A stretch of DNA of 32,000 nt, taken from an uncultured Methylomirabilota bacterium (GTDB lineage: Bacteria; Methylomirabilota; Methylomirabilia; Methylomirabilales; 2-02-FULL-66-22). Shown in pieces: positions 9,603-17,002 of the stretch. The notes under the pieces were generated by a model, which searched no databases, was not told where the DNA came from, and worked only from the letters and a program-made list of their open reading frames with translations. Numbering within the stretch: the first letter of the stretch is position 1; the number at the start of each line of letters is the position of its first letter. The stretch is from contig CAWJHW010000003.1 in NCBI GenBank assembly GCA_963842855.1, positions 890,811 to 922,810 of the forward strand. The letters are read 5' to 3'. Position numbers and translations under genes: made by a program.

Positions 9603-11018
9603 GTGAGCAATAGGCCAAAGGACGATCTCAGGTTCGAACCGGAGCTGCAGACGCGTCGTCGCACCTTCCGTATGCAGCGCGTCATGCCACGCCAGATTCT
9701 ACTGCTCCTTGCCGGGCTCCTACTCTTCTACCACACCGCTTTGGTGGTACGATTCCTCCATTCAAACCAGTTCGTCGACTTCGCCCATTATTATTTATAT
9801 GCTCGGAATGTGGTAACAGGTCGTGCCCTTTACGATCTGAACTCGCCGGCGGCAGAAGCGCAGCACCTTGGAATTCGGTACGCTGATAGCCCTCCAAATT
9901 ACCCGCCCCCGTTTTATCTTGGAATGAGTCTCTTTGCTATTCTCCCTTACCGGATCGCCTCCGTCACTTGGCTCCTCCTCAACGAGTTGCTCCTGCTTAG
10001 CGCCCTCCTGTGGCGCGGGGCTGCCCGTCTAAGGCATAATCCCGTCCGCCTGGCGACGCTCGGCATCATCGTCCTGGCCTTCCAGCCACTGTACAGCACA
10101 TTGGCTTTGGGGCAGGCCAATATCCTCCTCCTGGCTGGGCTCGCGCTGACCTTACGGCTTTGGAAGTTGGGATCAGCGTGGTGCGGGGTATGCTTAGGTT
10201 TTGTCGCATTGATTAAGCCCCAATTCGCCCTCCTTGGAGGGTTGTGGCTTCGTCAGCACGATCGTCGCCACTTGGGTGTAACAGCGATCACCCTGTTAGC
10301 GGTCTCTCTGGGCACCACGGCGCTGCTTGGTCTTGATGCCTGGCGAGGCTATGTGACATATCTTCGCAATTTCCCATGTGCAATCAGCGCGTGGAGCCAT
10401 AATATCTCTTTGCGGGGTATCCTTTTTCGCTTACGGGGCGCGTGTACGACAGATGGATTCGGAGACTCGCTGGCGCTCGTCGCGACCGGCCTGGGCATTC
10501 TGGTGATTGCTGTGGTCTTGTTTTCGCTCCCGCGCGAAACCCGGAGTTGGTCCGTCTCGCCCTGGGGCCCTGCCAGCCTCTTGCTCTGCGCTGCTCTACT
10601 CTGCTCACCCTACACACAGGAACATCACCTCCTGGTTCTCCTGTTAGCTTTCACGGGCCTAGCCTTGGATCACCGGCGACCGACGCGAGTGATAGGGCAG
10701 GGGGCATGGCTAGCAGCATATGCGCTCCTGGCTACTCCATACTTCCTCGGATTCTTCTCTGCCCTTGGCGTCGCTCTCTTGGGAGTCTTGCTGACGAGAG
10801 GATCGGAGAAGGGCACGTACACCGGTGTGTCACTTTCTCCTAGCCTCGCCGTACTTGCAGTCGGTGTAAGGCTGATGCCACACGCGCTGAAGGCCATCTT
10901 CCCCATTCCAACGCCTTTGATTGACCCTGTGGTCCTGTGTAGTGCGATCCTCATGTGGGGAATTCTCTTCATACTTCTGATTCAATACCATCATGCCTCA
11001 GAATTGAGGCGAGGGTAG
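9603..11018 (+). CDS. polytopic membrane glycosyltransferase, GT87 / DUF2029 (GT-C) type, paralog of 8235..9521
   Basis: Same motif series in the same order: FVDFAHYYLYARNVVTGRALYD, NYPPPFYLG, LGQANILLL, LIKPQF, QEHHLLVLLL. Start uncertain (GTG 9603, ATG 9672 or 9684). Confidence 0.7.
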   Translation: MSNRPKDDLRFEPELQTRRRTFRMQRVMPRQILLLLAGLLLFYHTALVVRFLHSNQFVDFAHYYLYARNVVTGRALYDLNSPAAEAQHLGIRYADSPPNYPPPFYLGMSLFAILPYRIASVTWLLLNELLLLSALLWRGAARLRHNPVRLATLGIIVLAFQPLYSTLALGQANILLLAGLALTLRLWKLGSAWCGVCLGFVALIKPQFALLGGLWLRQHDRRHLGVTAITLLAVSLGTTALLGLDAWRGYVTYLRNFPCAISAWSHNISLRGILFRLRGACTTDGFGDSLALVATGLGILVIAVVLFSLPRETRSWSVSPWGPASLLLCAALLCSPYTQEHHLLVLLLAFTGLALDHRRPTRVIGQGAWLAAYALLATPYFLGFFSALGVALLGVLLTRGSEKGTYTGVSLSPSLAVLAVGVRLMPHALKAIFPIPTPLIDPVVLCSAILMWGILFILLIQYHHASELRRG

Positions 11019-11225
11019 CCAGATGGGTTACATCTTTCTCGCGTTTTCTCTCGCACCGCCGAGCCCGCGCATCATCCACAGAATAGAATTGGCTCGACAG
11101 GACCCATACCAAATCGCTCCAGCGATGACTCAACCACCAGGACATGTTGTTCAGAAAGCCATCGAGCAGCCCGAGACCGGGGTCGAGGCTGAGTTTCTCG
11201 CCGCGGGCATCTCCTGGATGATTTC

Positions 11226-11510
11226 ATGATCCTCGGAATCGATTGTCGGGAATTCGTCGTAGGCCGGGTGACCGGGATCGGGCGCTTCCTGCGCGGGCTG
11301 CTGGAGGAGATTGCTCGCAGCCGACCGCGTCTCATGATCGTGACTCTTGCGGGACCAGGGACACGACTTCTTCCTGGCGGACCATGTCTTCCGGGATTGC
11401 CGGTCTGCCAGCGCAGGGGTTTGTGCCGGCGGTTTGTACCACTTCCCCCGGGATCCAGTACACCGCCGAGAAACGTACAGATCCGCACATCGTTTCGAAC
11501 GACCGACAGA
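11226..11510 (+). pseudogene. decayed 5' remnant of a GT4 glycosyltransferase gene (paralog of 13957..15087)
   Basis: MILGIDCREFVVGRVTGIGRFLRGLLEEIARSRPRL aligns residue for residue with the N-terminus MILALDCREFTPGRITGIGRFLQNVLEEIARNRPHL of the intact GT4. The frame then degenerates; weak similarity continues only by switching frames. No GT-B C-terminal domain. The 3' limit is approximate. Confidence 0.5.
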
Positions 11511-11551
11511 TGGGCAGGCAGACCGGGCGCCGTCCAGGAGGCGCTGGAGAC

Positions 11552-12352
11552 ATGACGACGATGCCCACGGGACACAGGCAAGGTCGGTTCCCTGAAGGAC
11601 CGACAGGTCGCCGGACGCTCTCCGTCATCATACCGGTGTACAACGAGCGAGCCACGATCGAAGAGCTCTTGCGGCGGATACAGGCTGTGGACATCGACAA
11701 GGAGATCGTGATCGTTGACGATGCGTCGACAGATGGCACTCGGACCTTCCTCCAAGAGCTTCACCAGAGCATCGGGTGCAATCCCCCGGTCCTCGCCCTG
11801 GAACATGCCGGATGTGTGATCCCCACGGGGAACATCCGGGTATTCTTTCAGGAAAAGAACCGCGGGAAGGGCGCCGGGCTACGCCTCGGCTTCGCCAACG
11901 CCCAAGGCGATATTGTCCTGGTGCAGGACGCTGACTTGGAGTACGACCCGCAGGACTACCGGAGGCTCCTGGAACCCATCGAGCGAGGCGTCGCAGATGT
12001 CGTCAACGGATCTCGATTCCTGGGTGGACCACACCGCGTTCTGCTCTATTGGCACTCTGTGGGAAATTGGCTCCTGCCAACGCTGTCGAACATGTTCTCC
12101 GATCTCAACCTTTCCGATGTCTGGACGTGCTACAAGGTCTTCCGAAGAGAAGTTCTGCAACAAATACGCCTGAGAGAGGACCGCTTCGGGTTCGAGCCGG
12201 AGGTCACGGCCAAAGTAGCCAAGGAACACTGGCGGATCTACGAGGTGCCCATCGCCTATTACGGGCGAACCTACGCCGAGGGGAAGAAGATCACCTGGGA
12301 GGACGGCCTCTGGGGCATGTGGTGCGTCTTCCGCTATAATCTCTGGAGCTAA
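11552..12352 (+). CDS. glycosyltransferase family 2, polyprenyl-phosphate sugar synthase-like (DPM1/GtrB/ArnC type)
   Basis: Internal ATG 11552 of track ORF 11243..12352. LSVIIPVYNERATIEELL, VIVDDASTDGT, KNRGKGAGL, LVQDADLEYDP, VNGSRF, FGFEPEV. About 266 aa and soluble, the usual size of this subgroup. Confidence 0.8.
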   Translation: MTTMPTGHRQGRFPEGPTGRRTLSVIIPVYNERATIEELLRRIQAVDIDKEIVIVDDASTDGTRTFLQELHQSIGCNPPVLALEHAGCVIPTGNIRVFFQEKNRGKGAGLRLGFANAQGDIVLVQDADLEYDPQDYRRLLEPIERGVADVVNGSRFLGGPHRVLLYWHSVGNWLLPTLSNMFSDLNLSDVWTCYKVFRREVLQQIRLREDRFGFEPEVTAKVAKEHWRIYEVPIAYYGRTYAEGKKITWEDGLWGMWCVFRYNLWS

Positions 12353-12515
12353 CGCAAGGGCACGAACCGTGTCCTGTGAGGGGGGCTTGGCGTTTCGGGG
12401 CGGTTGTCAGGTTCCAGTCGCTGGGCGGGAGGGAAAGCCCGCTCAAGGAAGGAACGGCGAAAGGACGTGATCTGCCGCAAGACATCCCCGCACGCAAGGG
12501 TCACGAGGAGTCGGA

Positions 12516-12620
12516 AGTGATCCTCGCCGTGCACTGCCGGGAGTTCGTGCCGGGGGATGTGAGCGGAATCAGAGGACCGACGCTATCGAATCTTGGAGAG
12601 TTGGAGAGGAAGATGGATGC
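12516..12620 (+). pseudogene. second, shorter 5' remnant of the same GT4 gene family
   Basis: VILAVHCREFVPGDVSGIRGPTLSNLGELERK parallels MILALDCREFTPGRITGIGRFLQNVLEEIARN. Nothing GT-like follows. Lies in the otherwise non-coding 12353-12763 gap. Extent approximate. Confidence 0.4.
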
Positions 12621-12763
12621 AGACTCACACGATGCCAATCCCTGCGCGAGAAGACGAGGGCCAACGGTTGGTCTGGTCTCAGAGCGATGTGGTAGCCATA
12701 GATCTTGAGTCAAGTATTTGGAGGGGACGGAACCGGACGTGATTCTTCACGAGGGCCATAGCG

Positions 12764-13960
12764 ATGCGGACCCAAAGAGTTGAAAGCCCACGCAAGACGC
12801 CCCGGATCCCCGTTGCCTGTCCGGACCTGGGTGCTCCCGAGCGCCGTTACGTCCTCCAATGCTTGGAGTCGGGATGGATCTCCTCTGCCGGCCCCTTCGT
12901 TCCCCGGTTCGAGGCAACATTCGCCCGACGCTGTGGGGTACCGTACGGGGTGGCGACCAACTCTGGGACGGGAGCACTTCACCTGGCCCTTGCGGGAAGT
13001 GGAATCGGACCAGGCGATGAGGTCCTCGTCCCGGCCTGGACCTTCGTGGCTACGGCAAACGCCGTGGTCCATGTGGGAGCAACACCGGTCTTCGTCGATG
13101 TCTCTCCGGCAGATTGGGGGATTGACCCCGAATCCGCCGCCAGGCAAATCACCCGTCGGACAAAGGCCATCATTGCCGCACACCTGTTCGGCCAGCCGGC
13201 AGACATGACTGCGTTGCGTCGCTTGGCCCGGCAGGCCGGCCTCGTGCTGGTGGAGGACGCGAGCGAATCTTTTGGCGCCGAAATTGAGGGACATCCCGTT
13301 GGCGGCCTCGGCGACGTCGCGTGTTTCAGCCTGTTTGCCAATAAGGTCCCCACGACCGGCGAAGGAGGAATTCTGGTCACGCGAAACCGACAGCTCGCCG
13401 AACGGGCCCGTCGACTTCGGGATCACGGTATGGGCCGCCGAAGGTACTGGCATCCGGTCATTGGATACAACTACGCCATGAGCAATCTACAAGCCGCCGT
13501 GGGGCTGGGGCAATTGGAACGAATCGATGAACTCCTGGCCCACAAGGAAGTCATCAGGCGGCACTATACCCAAGGCCTGCGGGGGATGCCAGGAGTCCGG
13601 CTCCAGACCATCCGGGCCGGCGTCCGGCCCGTATGCTGGCTCTTCCCTATACTCGTGGAGCCCGGGCAGTTCGGCATGCGGCGCGGGGGTCTCATGCGTC
13701 TTCTCTCCCAATTCGGGGTCGAGACTCGCCCGTTCTTTCCCGTTCTCCACCACCTTCCCCCCTACCGAAAGGGCGCCCATTTTCCTGTCGCCGAGGGAAT
13801 CGCTCCCAACGGGCTCGCATTGCCATCCGGTCCGGCCATCACCCCTGCGGCTATTAGATTTGTCATCACGACGCTTTGGCGGATCCAACGAGCGAGACAA
13901 CACCCCGGGAAACCGACCACCAAGTTGAATCGCTCCTCACACAACAGGATCAGACCATGA
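12764..13960 (+). CDS. DegT/DnrJ/EryC1/StrS-family PLP-dependent sugar aminotransferase
   Basis: ERRYVLQCLESGWISSAGPFVPRFEATFARRCGVPYGVATNSGTGALHLAL, GDEVLVPAWTFVATANAV, FSLFANKVPTTGEGG (lysine region). Stop overlaps the next start (ATGA 13957-13960). Confidence 0.9.
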   Translation: MRTQRVESPRKTPRIPVACPDLGAPERRYVLQCLESGWISSAGPFVPRFEATFARRCGVPYGVATNSGTGALHLALAGSGIGPGDEVLVPAWTFVATANAVVHVGATPVFVDVSPADWGIDPESAARQITRRTKAIIAAHLFGQPADMTALRRLARQAGLVLVEDASESFGAEIEGHPVGGLGDVACFSLFANKVPTTGEGGILVTRNRQLAERARRLRDHGMGRRRYWHPVIGYNYAMSNLQAAVGLGQLERIDELLAHKEVIRRHYTQGLRGMPGVRLQTIRAGVRPVCWLFPILVEPGQFGMRRGGLMRLLSQFGVETRPFFPVLHHLPPYRKGAHFPVAEGIAPNGLALPSGPAITPAAIRFVITTLWRIQRARQHPGKPTTKLNRSSHNRIRP

Positions 13961-15087
13961 TCCTAGCGTTGGACTGTCGTGAATTCACACCCGGACGCAT
14001 CACCGGGATCGGACGTTTCCTCCAGAACGTGCTCGAGGAGATCGCTAGGAATCGCCCCCACCTGTCAACGGTGGCCGTGGCCGAACCCGACTCGTCAATT
14101 CCGGTGAGCGCCCCCCATATACGAGTTGTGAGGTTGTCGGCCCCTTTTACGCTCTATTATGACCAAGTACTTCTCCCGCGCGCCCTCCGGAGCGTTGGCT
14201 CCACCGCGTTCTTTTCCCCCTATTACAAGGCGCCCTTGGCCTCTTCATGCCCTGTCGTGATCACCATCCACGACTTGATTCTCCTCCAGGTAAGCGAATA
14301 CACGAGAGGGTTAGGCCGCCTGTACGCCGCGGCATTTCGGCGATGGGCCTCGCTCCTGGCCAATCGGGCCGTTGCCGTCATTACTGACTCTGAATTCAGC
14401 AAGAAGCAGATCATAACCGAGATCGGCCTCGCAGCGGATAAGGTGCACGTGTTCTATCTCGGCGTTGGCGATGAATTCCGCCCTGCTCACGATCCTGGGA
14501 GGATCGCCCTCCTTGCTTCTCGATACGGGATCACCGGTGCCTACTTCCTTGCCCTGGGAAATTTCCTTCCCCACAAGAACTTTGCTCGACTCGTGGAGGC
14601 CTACTCTGCCTTGCCCGAGACCACACAGGCCCAGGTCAAGCTGGTCCTCGCTGGTTCAGGGAGTGGCCATAGATTGACCAGCCCGGTGAGTCTCGAGACC
14701 TTGAATCTTCCTGGTGTCCTCCTTCCGGGCTTCATTGCCGCTGAGGATCTTCCGACGCTTTACTCGAACGCCCTGGCTGTGGTGTGCCCCTCCCTGATGG
14801 AGGGTTTTGGGTACGCACCACTGGAAGCGATGGCCTGCGGAACTCCGGTCGTCTGCTCCAAGGCAGGGCCGTACCCTGAAGTGGCCGGCGATGCTGTGCT
14901 GTATGTGGATCCACTGAACGTGTCCGAAATGGCCTCCGCACTTTCCCGGATCATCGCCGATGAGTCTCTCCGACGAGAACTGAGCATTCGAGGCCTCGAG
15001 CGCGCACGCCTGTATGATTCGCACCAAACCACGAAGCGCTTGGTGGACTTCCTCGAGGGGATCGCCAGCGGGCGGAAGAAAGCCTGA
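13957..15087 (+). CDS. glycosyltransferase, GT4 type
   Basis: ATG 13957 preferred over 13876 because of the ATGA overlap and the match to the remnants. C-terminal CPSLMEGFGYAPLEAMACGTPVVCSKAGPYPEVAGDAVLYVDP. Visibly more A/T-rich than its neighbours. Confidence 0.85.
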   Translation: MILALDCREFTPGRITGIGRFLQNVLEEIARNRPHLSTVAVAEPDSSIPVSAPHIRVVRLSAPFTLYYDQVLLPRALRSVGSTAFFSPYYKAPLASSCPVVITIHDLILLQVSEYTRGLGRLYAAAFRRWASLLANRAVAVITDSEFSKKQIITEIGLAADKVHVFYLGVGDEFRPAHDPGRIALLASRYGITGAYFLALGNFLPHKNFARLVEAYSALPETTQAQVKLVLAGSGSGHRLTSPVSLETLNLPGVLLPGFIAAEDLPTLYSNALAVVCPSLMEGFGYAPLEAMACGTPVVCSKAGPYPEVAGDAVLYVDPLNVSEMASALSRIIADESLRRELSIRGLERARLYDSHQTTKRLVDFLEGIASGRKKA

Positions 15088-15090
15088 GCC

Positions 15091-16995
15091 ATGTGCGGCA
15101 TCGCCGGCTTCGTCGGACCAGGCAACCGGGACCAGCTGGAAGGGATGGTCAAGCTTCTCGTCCATCGCGGTCCCGATGACGAGGGGCTCTTCGTTGCCCC
15201 GGGCATCGGCCTGGGCATGCGCCGCCTGGCCATCATCGACCTTCCCGGCGGGCGACAGCCCATGGCCAACGAGGACGAGGGTCTCCGCGTCGTGTTCAAC
15301 GGCGAGATCTACAACTTCCGGGAACTCCGGTCGGCTCTCATCCAACGGGGCCATCGCTTCCGGACCCAGAGCGATACCGAGGTCCTGCTCCACCTCTACG
15401 AGGAGGAAGGCCCGGCCCTCGTTGAGCGTCTTCGGGGCATGTTCGCCTTCGCCCTGTGGGATGCGCCACGGAGGCGCCTGTTCCTGGCCCGGGACCGCCT
15501 GGGGAAGAAGCCCCTGTATTACTGGCATCGCGACGGTCTGTTCCTCTTCGCCTCAGAGATCAAGGCCCTGCTGGTCCATCCGGCCGTCTCGCGGGAGGTG
15601 GACTGGGAGGCCTTCCACCACTATCTGGCCTTCGGCTACACGCCGGCCGACCGATCCATTTTCGACGGGATTGCCAAGCTTCCTCCCGCGCACATCGCGA
15701 CGCTCTCCGAGGGCACACTGACACTCCAGCGGTATTGGGCCCTCCCCCGGGGGAGTTCCATGCCCGAATCACGGGCCTCGATCCACGAGATGACGGCCCG
15801 TGTGCGCACGGTGCTCCGCGAGGCGGTCCGGCTCCGCCTGGAGAGCGATGTCCCCCTGGGGGTGTTTCTCAGCGGCGGCATCGATTCCAGCGCGGTGGTG
15901 GCGAGCATGCGCGAGGTGACGAGCCAGCGCATCGCCACCTTCTCCATCGGCTTCGGCCGGGCGGCGTCCTCCTTCGACGAGCTGCCCTATGCCCGCATGG
16001 TGGCACAGCGCTTTGAGACGGATCACACTGAGGAGATCTTGGAACCCAAGGTGGTCGACCTCCTGCCCTCGATCATTCATCACTTCGACGAGCCGTTTGC
16101 GGACTCCTCTGCCATCCCAACGTTCGTCGTGGCCCAGGCCACGGCCCGTCACGTGAAGGTCGCGCTCTCGGGCATCGGCGGCGACGAGACCTTTGCGGGG
16201 TACCCCCGGTACCTGGGTCTCCGCCTGTCGGAGCGATACGCGAAGCTCCCCCGTTGGCTCCGGTCCATCCCCGGCACCCTACTGCCTCGTCTCATTCCAG
16301 AATCCGAAGCCAGCCGGAACCTGGGGGATTGGGCCCGGCGGTTCATCGTCGGCGTGGAGCAACCCCTGCCCGACCGGTACCTCGGCTGGACGCGCTTCTT
16401 CAGCGAGGCGGATCTGGGACATCTCACGACGCCGGCCCTGCGGCGGCATTGGCAACGGAGCGTGGAGGCGTCCCAGCGCGCGGCTTTTGCCGGCCGCGCC
16501 CACGACGATCCGGTGGACGGCGCCTTTCGCATCGACCTCGACGCCTACCTGCCCGACGATCTCCTGGTGATGGCCGACCGAATGAGCATGGCCCATTCCC
16601 TGGAGCTGCGGGCGCCGTTCTGCGATCACGAGGTCATCGAGGAGAGCCTGCGCATCCCGTCCGGCGTGAAGATCCCCGGATTCCGCCTCAAGGGCCTGCT
16701 CAAGGCGGCCTTTGCCGACGTGTTGCCCCCTCGAGTCCTCTCGCACCGGAAGCAGGGCTTCATGATTCCGCTGGGTCGCTGGCTTCGCACGGACCTGCGC
16801 GGGATGATGGAGGAGTGCCTTTCACCCGACCGGATCCGGCTCCGCGGCCTCTTCGCTCCGGACACCGTCGAGGCCCTCAAGAAGGAACACCTCGGCGGGA
16901 GCCGGAGCCACAGCGACCGCCTGTGGACGCTCATGATGGCCGAGCTGTGGATGCGCCATTACCTCGACACTGGCGGGTCCTGGACCCTTCGGTGA
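15091..16995 (+). CDS. asnB: asparagine synthase (glutamine-hydrolysing) family amidotransferase
   Basis: 634 aa. Starts MCGIAGF (N-terminal nucleophile Cys2). GAT-II block RGPDDEG..MRRLAIIDL..NGEIYN. Synthetase block VPLGVFLSGGIDSSAVV (PP-loop SGGxDS). Confidence 0.9.
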   Translation: MCGIAGFVGPGNRDQLEGMVKLLVHRGPDDEGLFVAPGIGLGMRRLAIIDLPGGRQPMANEDEGLRVVFNGEIYNFRELRSALIQRGHRFRTQSDTEVLLHLYEEEGPALVERLRGMFAFALWDAPRRRLFLARDRLGKKPLYYWHRDGLFLFASEIKALLVHPAVSREVDWEAFHHYLAFGYTPADRSIFDGIAKLPPAHIATLSEGTLTLQRYWALPRGSSMPESRASIHEMTARVRTVLREAVRLRLESDVPLGVFLSGGIDSSAVVASMREVTSQRIATFSIGFGRAASSFDELPYARMVAQRFETDHTEEILEPKVVDLLPSIIHHFDEPFADSSAIPTFVVAQATARHVKVALSGIGGDETFAGYPRYLGLRLSERYAKLPRWLRSIPGTLLPRLIPESEASRNLGDWARRFIVGVEQPLPDRYLGWTRFFSEADLGHLTTPALRRHWQRSVEASQRAAFAGRAHDDPVDGAFRIDLDAYLPDDLLVMADRMSMAHSLELRAPFCDHEVIEESLRIPSGVKIPGFRLKGLLKAAFADVLPPRVLSHRKQGFMIPLGRWLRTDLRGMMEECLSPDRIRLRGLFAPDTVEALKKEHLGGSRSHSDRLWTLMMAELWMRHYLDTGGSWTLR

Positions 16996-17002
16996 GACAC
17001 GC

